Below, in pieces: positions 41,601 to 53,231 of a DNA stretch of 64,000 nt. Both the position numbers and the translations under genes were made by a program. The first letter of the stretch is position 1. Each line of letters starts with the position of its first letter. Under the pieces are notes generated by a model that saw nothing but the letters and a program-made list of their open reading frames with translations, ran no database searches and was not told where the DNA came from. The stretch is from Trichoplax sp. H2 (lineage: Eukaryota): contig NOWV01000135.1 of NCBI GenBank assembly GCA_003344405.1, positions 1 to 64,000 of the forward strand. The letters run 5' to 3'.

Positions 41601-44600
41601 TTAAATGAATGTGACCGTAATGCTAATTGTATTAACATGGAAGGAACCTACAACTGTATCTGTAAAGAAGGATTTAATGGAAATGGAATTGAGTGTATGG
41701 GTAAGTTTAAGAGTATTGTGGTGATTTCTCTGAGATCAAAAACACAAAGGAGTACCTTAAACAATCTTAAAGTTTAATAGCATATTATCCAATATTGGCG
41801 AAGAATATTATATTTTTTTGTATTTTTATAACTGCATACAAAACGAATTAACGTAATAAAAAGATCAGTGGCAATATTGTCTCTGACAGTCAAATTTTTT
41901 GGAGCATATATAGCATATATATAGCATATAATGTTTGATTTTACTAATAGATATAAACGAATGTGGAAATGCAAATAATTGTTCGAAGGATGCTGTATGT
42001 TCTAATCTTCCTGGGAGCTACAACTGTAGTTGTAAGGCAGGATTTACTGGCGATGGATTAGTTTGTCAAGGTCAAGAGCGCTGCTATAACAATTATGATT
42101 CTAGATATCTTTTCCTTCTATGTTAGAATTTTCTATTGACTAAAGTATCAAACACTCATAGTTATGATTTTACGATGATTCATTATTTGGAGATACTATA
42201 AAAGGTCTATCATATCACATTGCTCATCAGTTTACTAGTATAATTACTACAGTTCAAAAATCTACTACAATCGAAAAATTGTTAAAATTAATTGGATTTC
42301 ATTGGCTAATTTAGCTTAATTACATGCCGTTATTATTACTAAGCAGATAATGTTCATAATGTAAACTTTAATAGCAAACCTTATTACTTTAAAATTATAT
42401 TACTTATTGCTAAATCCTATGTTTCCGTCATCTGTACAACTAGCAATCGTTTTTGCAAGTCAGAACTCTAAAGTTGAGATAAGTTTGTTTAAACTACGCT
42501 ATCGTTTGATTACAGATGTCGATGAATGCCAAAATGCATTTAGTTGCAATACAGAAAGCATTTGCCATAATACAATTGGAGGGTATTATTGTTCATGTAA
42601 AAAAGGATTTTATTTATATCGAAATGTAACGACGGGCATAAGTCAGTGCCAAGGTATTTTAACAAATATATAGTCCTTATTATGTACTAAATACTTCATA
42701 CTGTTGTGTCATTGTCGTTATCGTAAAAGGAGCGATCTAGAACCATTTAGTGGTTTATGCTATTCTAATCGATTCATCATATCGTTACAAGACGGCCTGC
42801 TGTATACAGGATTGATTAGACTGAACGGCACTTACACAGTTGCGTTGGATAACCCAGAAAGCCAAGCTTATGTCTTACTCAAAACGGAAGTCGTAACTAA
42901 AGTAAGATAGAAATATTGAAGTAGTAGATTCTTATACGATATTAATTGTTGTTAAGAAAATATATTTTTTTTTTTTTTACATCGATGATAAAAACTAGTT
43001 GACGGTCGTCTTCTCCAATGATAGCAGAACACAAGATCGCGTTCAGCAGATCTCAATATTAAGTATTAGGTATATACTGTATTCATTTTTTGTCTCATAT
43101 CTTCTAGTGTTCCGTGTTTAAGCAGATTTTAACTTAAAATTTTAGCTTGATCGCGAAGACACACAATATAACAAGTTATGCTTGCCTCATTTTGCTCAAT
43201 AACGATTATAATAGAATTAAATATTTAATACTGGCGTTTGATTGTCAAGTAAATATAATTTTGAAATTGTAATTCAACAGACCTGGGAGTATTTTAGTCA
43301 ATTTTACTTTGACGTTACTCCAAAATGCTACTTCAGTTACTACGGATATTATTAGAGAAATAGCTGAAAATGGTATTACGAGAATCGGTGACTACCCTGT
43401 GACGTCTTTTCACATTAAAGGTATGAAGAACTTGTAGCCAATGTAATGTTACTTTACTACTCAATTAAAAGTATTATAAATTATCAATCTTAATCCGTTA
43501 TCGACGATTTGAAAACAAAATTACTGCTGATTAAGTTTACAGTCATCTTCTTTCTTATCAAGATTACAATGACTGTGTTGACCCTCAAGCTAATACTTGT
43601 TCCAGCTTGCAATCATGTACTAATACGATGGGAACATTTAGCTGCCAGTGCATTTCTGGTTATAGTTGGAATTCAGAGAGTAACCAATGCGAAGGTAAAT
43701 AGATATTTACTCAAAAGGAATGCAGATTGTAAAGTATCAAGTATTAATATACAAAATGAACTGTACGAAATCGATTTATTAATTCCTTAATACCCCTTTT
43801 AATTTTTAATTATAGATATAAACGAATGTTTACTCAATGCAACATGCGCATCTAACGCTATTTGCGTTAACATTTTCGGAGGATTTAAATGCCAATGTGA
43901 GAAAGGTTACACTGGTAATGGTTTGCGTAACTGCTCCTGTAAGTTCTAAATGATGTTTAAACTACTAGTACAATCTAAGTCTATCAATACCTAGTTTTGA
44001 ATTCATGATGTACCAATATATACGTTAAGTCTATTTCTAAGACTTTTTAAGCGTAATCGTACTTTACCTAATAATTCTTGTCAATGCGAAAAATAGCAGA
44101 GTAAAGCTATATAGCATTAGTGGATGAAATGCATGATGCAGTTAACAATATAACTGATCTTAGCTCCTTTCGATCACCTACACTACTAAATACTGTACTC
44201 AATCCACAATTTCTTAAATCATATAGATCTATGTTAGATGATACTGTTTTGTCGCTTTATTTTACTTTTGTAAGAAAGCACTAATTATACAAACTTGTTA
44301 AGTATTGATTTTCAGTAAATCACTTGACAATAGCAACTCCAAATCAAAAACATAATAGTAAAATTAACGGGATTAATTTAATATCTTCTTAGCCTTATGT
44401 CCGTTGCATTTCTGTCAAAATGATGGACAATGTCTTTACTTGAACGACAGTTTTATCTGCAAGTAAGTTATATTCATATCATTAATATATATATATATGA
44501 CCTTGATCCTACGGTAATATCAGTTGCATAGTTATTTAACAATAATAAACTACAGGGTCGACATTAATAGAATAGTTATTAACATACCTTACGACTAATA

Positions 44601-45190
44601 CTAGTTGTACAAGTGAATTTTATGGTCCAAGCTGTGAAAATGCTGTATCAACAGGTAAAGTCTAAAATTATATATACTTCACTAAGATATTACAATAATG
44701 GCTAAATTATTTCTCTCGTAGAAATATCTTAAAATATGTAAAATATTTAGATAATTATTTTCTACGATAGTTAATACAGTCGCAGTGATCGGAATTGCTC
44801 TCGGGTCAGTGGTAGCGGCTCTAGTTATAATTCTATTGGCCATTTATTTGTGGAAGAAATTTTATTCAACGTACGTATAAACTGTATGCATATATCGTAG
44901 TACAAACAGAACATTCTTACCATTAATGACATTGCTTTTCAATTAAGCCTTTTATCGATCTTTATAACAGATACAAAGTTAGTGATGTAGTAAACCTAAG
45001 TAGCAGCGATGCTGACGACAGAAATGATGCCGACAATCAAGATAATAGTGATCATGGCTCGAGTCGTTCTAGCTCCCGTAGCACTGCTCAACAAGCACGT
45101 CCAAATCGGCGAAGTTGCTTTTGGCTTTCCAAAACATCTGATTACGATAGTTACACAAGTTTTGATGCCAACACTACAGAGAATCAATAG
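20631..45190 (+). CDS. Gene B: paralogue of gene A; signal peptide - acidic S/T repeats - 13 EGF - NIDO - AMOP - VWD - Ig-like - 10 EGF - SEA - 3 EGF - TM - tail
   Basis: Putative exon 1 at 20631-20727 ([32 protein letters not shown], donor gtaagt) with phase-1 exons 21621-21662 and 21906-21977. S/T exons 25203-32277. 13 EGF exons 32360-35471. NIDO/AMOP ~35563-37534. VWD 37680-38243 ([11 protein letters not shown]). EGF to ~42653. SEA ~42792-43420 (RPGSILVNF). EGF 43563-44654. TM exon 44771-44870 ([25 protein letters not shown]). Tail 44971-45190 ending TAG. The 5' exons are less certain than the core. Confidence 0.88.
22577..23068 (+). repeat. Diverged direct duplication (~265-bp period, 2 copies) in a gene B intron
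   Basis: ccttagtaat..ccctcatcct..cctcg.aataccctgttataaaat occurs at 22577 and 22842. Both units end tagattaggcc(a/g)cactta. Confidence 0.85.
23306..24356 (+). repeat. Diverged direct duplication (~540-bp period, 2 copies) in a gene B intron
   Basis: Shared blocks in both halves: gacgaacc (23306/23843), cagaaatttcactggc, tgaaggctaaaatttt, aaattctagaattac and catcatcgct. Confidence 0.8.
25850..30594 (+). repeat. Coding tandem repeat of gene B: 7 exon+intron units (~600-bp period, ~366-nt phase 1-1 exons, ~122 aa) plus ~1.6 copies inside the preceding exon
   Basis: IMYTP(E/K)AS occurs 9 times (25861, 26168, 26765, 27385, 27984, 28584, 29208, 29803, 30402). Exon starts are 26592, 27212, 27811, (28420), 29035, 29630 and 30229. 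The introns are also near-identical. Confidence 0.95.
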
Positions 45191-48100
45191 TTGTATAATT
45201 ATCATGATTCATATAAAATATTTGCGATCTCTATGTATAAGAGTAATATGACTTATAAAGTTATATATCATCGCAATTTAATAGTTTATAATCAATGATC
45301 TCGAATGTCGAAGTTTATATAGACCACTAGTTCCTTTTATTACATACTGGTATTAATCTTTATAGCCCATTTCAGATTTTGCATTTAATTATTTTGTTTT
45401 TTACAGCATCTAAACTTGAAGGTCAAGTGACTCTGAAGAACAGATAATATCAAATGTATTTTATATACTTATAAATTATATACAGTTGGCATCTGAAGAA
45501 GCAGTTTATATTTTCAGCTTCTTGGCTTTAATACGTATATATAATATTTTTTAAGCATTAATCATTTTGTCTTAACTGATTGGAAGACAATGGATATTAG
45601 TATTTATCCGCTGTACTGTATCTTAATATATCGACAACGCGATACCCTAGTACGTATGCGATATGCGCAATGATTTAATAGAATAAATAATATAAAAATT
45701 ACTGGAAGCAGATCAATGAATTAGTTATCGGTATAAATTTTCTATTAGAAGATTATAATAACTGGTGTGACATTTTCATAAAATCTCTATTTTGTACTGT
45801 ATCTCATACACTAATTAATAAGTTACTTACTCCAAGATCGCTGTACTAGTGTAATTATAGCTTAAACTCTATGCAAGTAATAATATTTAATGCACTGTAT
45901 ATATACATTATACCCGTAGTGCTACTCTAATTTTGCCATGATATAGAAATATAGAGGTGGACCATTTTGGCTTCCTTAATATTACTACAAGACATCAGTA
46001 GTCGCACTTCTCGCATAACCATTACCAATATACTTTAAATTAATTATAAGGTGTACATAACTATTTCTATGACATACGCGTATATAGCTGATTCATCTAC
46101 TGATTGTCTTAAGTAGTAATTATCAAAGGAAGATATTAGATCTAATCAATTATTATGGGCAAATCAGATTATTTGGTAGTAAATAAAAAATTGTCATCTT
46201 TATAACGTACAGAGTCGATTTTGCCATCTTGATCGTTTTTATTATTCTTAACTTGAAAAAGAATATCAGCGGTAGTACCAAGTAACTAATAAATACTGAT
46301 CTAAGTTGAATAATAAATGGTAATTAGAAAATTGCTATAACATATACACGTTTTACCGATCCATCCATCCATGTCTTAAAATATTCTTGAAAAGGGAATT
46401 TAAAATATTTATCGTTACTTTTTACTCAAATATCACGTCGTGATGACACGATTTTAAAGTGGTAACATCTATCTCCATCGATTGGCTATATAAGGATAAT
46501 AGCGGACTCCAATGATTTTAATTATACAGCGTAGCCATAAGGTTAATTTTAATTTAATAGCCAGTAATAAGCAGCGTCTGTAATTCACTTAATTCAATTA
46601 TAACCACTCCTAAGATTACGTCAACTGTATTCGCCTAAACCTTATTATACGATAATAATTATAAGAATTTCAAACTGAATTCACTTAAACCAATAATAAT
46701 TAATTCAGACGGTATTATCGTTAGCAACTGTATCATTTCTATTGGGCTTCATAAAGGCAAAATCGTTCTTAAATCTTTACTCAAAATTCAAGCAGATACC
46801 CCAAATTGGATAAAGGGATAGAATATTCCTTATTTTCAAAAGGGAAAAAAAGAATTGAATAGATTTACAACAGTTAACTTGCCTGCGCCGGTAATATCAA
46901 TGTAAGATAGGAATCTTATTATTACCGCATACGGTAACTTATCACTTTTTTCAGTTCACATCATCAGATGATAGTTTTAGTAACTCTTTCGTATGCTGAG
47001 TCAATCAGTATGCAATACGATATAATAAATTAAATTGATAAATGAAATAGAATTCAATTGAAATCTAGCTCAGGTAGTGAATGTTAAAAAATTATATTAT
47101 CTAATATTGAAACTCTATTACACCAAGAACCTAACTGCTCTATTTTAAATCGACTTAGAATCTCACAAAATAAGTGATAGTTTAAATTTATCGTCATTGT
47201 AATGTTACTCTTTACTGTTATGTCCGATTGCTATTAAGAGCTCTTTAGCCAGTGATATAGTTACAGATTTATGCTTAGTTAGTCAACGAACCCCTTATTG
47301 GGTTGGCTTTACCTATTTATATAAGCGCAACTGTAGGTACTTCCTTTGCAGAGACTGTATTAAATGTATTCTACTCGGTGCTATATTTATTATATTTATT
47401 ATTTATGTATCGTGTGCATATCAGTATCATGAATGTGCAAATTCGAGCTACAATACCATGCTATATAGAACACGAACTTACCCTATCAGTATTTCAGTCA
47501 TCAATATTGTCTAGCGAACATTTTATACTCTTTCGTGATATTTTCGCCATCACGTTGATCCTAAAGACTAGGCATTCATCTAATTGAAACAAGTCTAAGT
47601 TCTCTTTTTATCCTAGATCAAATAGACGAATATGACGATTGACATGATAAATCTAGAATACATATATATGTGCTTGTATGTTATATAACATAACTGATTG
47701 GATTTTTTAAGTAGCGACAAGGAATTAGAATGCATATTATCGGAAGAGTTACTAGATATTCATATCGAAATATTTATTTCCATTAATACTATTAATATCC
47801 GTTGACTCATTTAAATTACAATCTAGCATCACAAATTGGCTCTTTATGTCTAAACATAATCTAAGCAAATATATATGTGTAAGTCTGCTAAACTATCATT
47901 TCAATGAAGTTAAAGTAGCTAATATGCGCATATTAGTCAGAAACTATGGCTGTCCCTATAGTAAAATAGACCCATTTTACTCTCTACGTCTATTGCATCG
48001 TACGCGATAGTCCGATCGATGTGGTAAAGAAGCTATTAGGAACATAAAATAATTGTAATTGCTCCAATTATGCCAATATCATTGATACAACCTAAAATAG

Positions 48101-48891
48101 TAATATGCTGTCCATTACAGTATCGTTTTTTGTTATTATGATTAGCTAATATCATCACCTACTAGGCCATAAATGGCAAAACGAAAAGTGATTTTGATAT
48201 TGTTATCGAATCAACAATTGATTTTAATTCCTTATAATGGATTGATTAATTCAGCTCTAACTGTATAATAAACTTTTAGACTGAATTTTAGTTGAAGAAA
48301 AGACGGATTTAACCTCTGGGATTTAAAATTTGATCATGGTAAAATATGATACTCACAAGTATTTTTTAATTTCAGAGTATATCTAACTTGAATATATCTT
48401 TAAATTTGTAATGGATAGCTTTGATACAGTGCAAATCGATTATAAATTAACGATAGATTGATGTCATATCTAGATGTCATTATTTATCGAATTTTACTAT
48501 GCAGGAAAGATAGTATCATACTAGATCATGAACAGACTCGTAACACTTTCAATTTTGTTATATTTTTAAAATTAGATAATTATTCGAGATAGTAGTTAAA
48601 ATTTCAGCAATCTTTCGAAGAGTCTCTACAAGTAACTTATACTAGAAAAATAAATAACTATATAAGATATTTAGCCCGTGTATTAAATGATAGATAAAGC
48701 AGATTCTCAAAGCACAAGTAGATCAAGAAGATATCTTTGATATATCAGCTAATGTTAGGCTACATTGTTTTGCCAAAAGACGACCATCTAAATCCCAAGT
48801 ATTTGTAACAGCAGTTCGATTTACTTGACATCTATATATTGTCTCGCATCAGAAATTGATCATTTCTTTGGTTGCTTTATTTTCTATTCAG

Positions 48892-51800
48892 GTTTATCTA
48901 TCCTATGTTTCCAGTTACTTGACTATAATACTTTGGATAACCGGTAAACTTTTAAATTTACGCCTATATAAATCTGATCCATTTTGTGAATCTATCATGT
49001 AATTGACAAAGTTGCATTAGTAACAGCTTATTGAATTAATCGTGATATTGTTACCATATATCAACACTAAGATTAAGAAATTTAGTAGGAATAAATAATT
49101 TTACTGCAGTAACTATTCTGTGTTGAGGATTTATTTTTTAAGAGGATAATCAACTTAGAAATATTTATTTGAAAGTTAATTTTTCTTCATGCTAGTAATT
49201 CAGTCTACCCTGTATTGGCAAACTGTTACTCCTGAAACATCTCTCGTGCTGGAAGAACTTGAATCTGTCGAAGCAACAGGTACATCGGAAATTTCTTCAA
49301 GCGGTAAGAAGGTATAGCAAGTTAGCATTTAATTTAATAAACTTATTCGCTAGTTCATGTTGTTCTTCTCTAGAAATAAATCTGCTTTCATACTTTACCC
49401 TAATGTATAATTTAATATTCTAATGTGATATATGAGTATACCAAGCCCGTTATCTGATTAAAGATTTGCAGTATATCGTAAATTCATAATATCTCAAAGA
49501 GTTACTGTATTGATTATAAACAGACTTATTCTGATATTCAACTGATTTAGCTATTCTTATATCTAAATGCATCCTTACTCATATAAAATTTGCTTTTACT
49601 TACGGATACCGTCGAATTTCAATTGAAATGATTAACTAATAACATCCAACCTAATCAACCACACTTAAAATTGTGAAAATAGTAAATGATAGTGTCTTAT
49701 AAGTATACTGAACTATTCTTACACTTTTTTTAGTACTTTCCCTATTATGTTTAAGCTAAACTAATTTTATCATGAAAATACGGAGTCCTTAGCAGGGGCT
49801 AAATTTTCGCTACTACAACTACCGTAAAGCCTTAAACCACTTCAAATTTCATGATATAGAGCAGACATAATACCTATATATCAATTTATAATTCGATACT
49901 ATTTCTATACTTTTAAACTTTCCTCATTATCACATTAAAGTTAAACTAATTCCTTGTCTAAATACCTTCAGCATACTAGTGTAAATTTTTATATGACTGA
50001 GCACAGTGATTAGTTTACGATTAGTAAGATATTCATATAATATCTATCTACCTAATCTATAACTAGGGCTTAAAAGTTGTCATGAACCTAAATTAAAGTA
50101 GGAGCTGACTGAGTCTGTATATTACATAACTGAAAATAATTTAGCGTTGTTTGATCTTAAAACTAACTATCATCGTATATTTCATAGCAAATTAGTCGTT
50201 CACCATTTCTATCCTAATCTGAATATAGTGATTAGTTCGCAGTTAGGTAATCTATATCTAGCTAATGTACAACTAGGGCTTAAAAGTTGACATAGAGTCT
50301 GTGTATTACATGACTGAAAATAACTTGGCCTTGTTTGATCTTAAAAAATTATCATCTTGCACAGTAATTCATAGTAAATTAACTGTTTACCATTTTCTAT
50401 CTCAATCTATACTGAAATTTCTACTATTAATGCATGCAGTAGATTCTTCTTTGACAAATTAAATAGCAGATCAATTTTTCGATTTACCTTTGTCTTCGTC
50501 TGTGGCTGATCTTTTGCAATATTATTGAGTAATAAAATAAAGTTGTACCATAACTTATAAGTAACAAATGTTTATTGACTTTCTTTTTCCAATATCTTTG
50601 CATGTGGTTACTAACATTTATATAATTATCTCGACAGATGATACTACCAAGTTTACGTTAATCGAGAGCTTTCAAGCATCCAGAGTACTCATGTCATCTA
50701 CTTCAGAATTGATAAATGTTCTGATGAAAACCTCTGTATCCACTGATGATCTACTAATAGGTCATTTAAAATTAAATAGTGGCTTATTTTGTTTCGAGTG
50801 TAAAAGAGTTACGGGCATTTACCTTTCCATCTGATTGTAATAACATTTTAATATATAGGTAATACTCCTGCAACTCAGAGCGCAAGCAAGTTATCAACTA
50901 TGGTACCTGGCTCTATAATGGCTACTGATTCTTCTCTAGGAACTATGGCACCTAGTTCTCCATTGGCTATTGATTCTTCTTTAGGAACTATGGTATCTGA
51001 CTTCACAATGGCTACTAATTCTTCTGTAGGAACTATAGTACCTGGCTCTACAATGGCTACTAATTCTTCTTTAGGTTACTTAATGTTGATATTAAGGTAT
51101 ACTATATTGTAAAGCAGCAGTCGATCTCTAAATTTTTATTTATTATAGTCTTGAACAGCTCACAAGAAACAGTCTTGTCGTCGACAGTGACAAAAATACC
51201 AGCCCCTGTACAAGCTACAAATCCTCCTTCAGGTTCTCTAATATTCAAGAAATCTTATGGATGTTAGAATATCTATGTATTCTATGTGATGTATTACTGT
51301 TAAGATGATTTATCATATTTAAACTGATATAATCACTATACTATGGTATACTATATTGTAAAGCAGCAGTCGATCTCTAAATTTATATTTATTATAGTCT
51401 TGACCAGCTCACAAGAAACAGTCTTGTCGTCGACAGTGACAGAAATACCAACCCCTGTACAAGCTACAAATCCTCCTTCAGGTTCTCTAATATTCAAGAA
51501 ATCTTATGGACGTTAGAAAATCTATGTATTCTATGTTTTGTATTACTGTTTAGATGATTTATCATATTTAAACTAATATAATCACTAATCATTCTAACTA
51601 CGATAATTCTACTATACTATAGTAACAACTAGTATGCCAATTTCGACCACTACCATGCCTCCTTCAGGTTATTTATGCATTGACTATATAACTATGATGT
51701 TCGGATCTTGTTTGGATAAAGTTGAATATATCGGTGTTCGAAAAGTAGAAATAGAGTGGATATCCTTCATTATAGTACATCGAATTACATTTAAAGTGAC

Positions 51801-53231
51801 GCCGTCACTATTAGGAATAGCAACAATAGAGGATACATCGATTAATTATTTTACTATAAAATTAATGGCAATTTAACGTATACTCGTATAACCTAAATGA
51901 CTTGTTACTAAAATCAATATCTTTCGAAATATTAGGCGATCTTTGCGTTTCCCGAGCTGATTGTAATGATCGAGGGCCATGCATAAATATTACTGACATC
52001 AATCATAAAATCTGCAGGTCATTAAGATAAATAGCGAACAGATAGCGTTAGATGCATGAAAATTATAACTATAAAAGTAACACATATTGAATTAATTCAT
52101 GACTGTTATGAAATGTATTTTTACAGAAGACTTCTAATGATTAGTCGATAAAAAAATTTCTAGTTTTACCTTTATTAACTGAATGCAATATTAAGTTCAT
52201 TACTCAGGTAACTAAAAGATTGAACTGTAATGATTCTTTTACTACGTTTATAGATGTGAGACTGGTTATTTTGGAAATAACTGTCAATTTCGTGACGAGC
52301 TTGCACTTCGAAAGTATTTTGAAGATAATAGTAAGCTACGGAAAGATTCATTTGTCTACTTAATTAGCAAGAATATACTGTGGTCGATTAAAGTCTTAGA
52401 ATCACTGCCAATAATGACGCCTATTTTTACTGCTGTTGTTAGACTGGAGGGCAGTGGCCTGCATTTTTATTGCAATTAGTTGCATTCTGGCTGTTATTCT
52501 TGCGGGCTTGTTAATTCACAGTTGCAGAGCTAAGCCGTAAGTTTTTGATATAACTGTTACTCAATAAACTGACGAAATTTTATAAATAGAAATTAAATAA
52601 TCCTTTATAAAACTTTCGAATAGATAGTTTATATACTGTACATAAGCTTATACCTGCAGCACATCGAACTAAAATAGAAGAAAGTTTTAAATTAAAAGAT
52701 ATATCAATATTCTTTCTATATAGCAAAATACTCCGTAAAAAAACACTATTGCAGAAAGAATTTTAGTCGTTATCTGTTGAATGATAAGATGTAACATTTA
52801 CATAATCATGACTGTCGTATATTTAGGCAATCTGCCTCAGCAGAAATAGAATTATTAACGAAGAAATATAGACGAGAAGCAGGATTAAATGATTCTCACA
52901 GTAATACACATTCTCGAGTCCGTCAAAGCGGTACCAGACAACCCAATCTACATGACGAACATGTAAGATTTTCATCGTATTATGGCAATCACCCATTTTA
53001 AATTTACTTACAATCATGAAAATAAATAGTAATTGAACAAAGTTGACCTCGGGAAGATTTATCGGAATAATTTATTATGTTGTATTATTTTTATTCTCTT
53101 GCATCGTCTTTATAAGATACATTCATGATTTACTTGGTATTCTCGTATATTATTAGGATCTTGGCGTTTCCAATCCAACTTATTCCGGGACTGCCGGTCA
53201 CCATCATGGAAATGGAAATCAACATGCCTAA
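48892..53231 (+). CDS. Gene C: small type-I membrane protein with S/T-rich stalk, one juxtamembrane EGF domain, TM helix and NPxY tail; start-codon exon not located
   Basis: Phase-consistent exons: 48892-48943 (hydrophobic VYLSYVSSYLTIILWIT), 49196-49303, 50638-50760, ~50859-51074, 51149-51232, 51398-51481, 51623-51667. EGF 51936-52017 + 52254-52330 (CVSRADCNDRGPCINITDINHKICRCETGYFGNNC). TM 52443-52536. Tail 52827-52962 + 53157-53231 (DLGVSNPTYSG...HA*). Confidence 0.8.
50006..50400 (+). repeat. Diverged ~220-bp direct duplication in a gene C intron
   Basis: gtgattagtt...aactagggcttaaaagttg...gagtctgt.tattacat.actgaaaataa...ttgtttgatcttaaaa is present twice. Confidence 0.8.
50895..51074 (+). 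repeat. 42-bp coding minisatellite (14-aa unit, approx. TMVPGSTMATNSSLG, x4) in gene C
   Basis: Four copies of actat(g/a)g..cct...tct..aatggcta.t.attcttct.tagg. Confidence 0.9.
51097..51587 (+). repeat. Near-perfect 249-bp exon+intron duplication in gene C (84-nt exon VL(N/T)SSQETVLSSTVT(K/E)IP(A/T)PVQATNPPS)
   Basis: ggtatactatattgtaaagcagcagtcgatctctaaattt occurs at ~51097 and ~51345. Confidence 0.92.

Noticed and set aside
3745-45251. Many short ORFs in the track that are antisense or off-frame within genes A and B (e.g. 9486, 25267, 35985, 36585, 44996, 45009)
   Set aside because: They are shadows of real exons or intron read-through, with no independent domain signal.
52723-52790. Possible extra cytoplasmic exon of gene C
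   Set aside because: In the required phase it hits TAG after 13 codons. The 52827 exon continues the frame, though a truncated isoform cannot be excluded.
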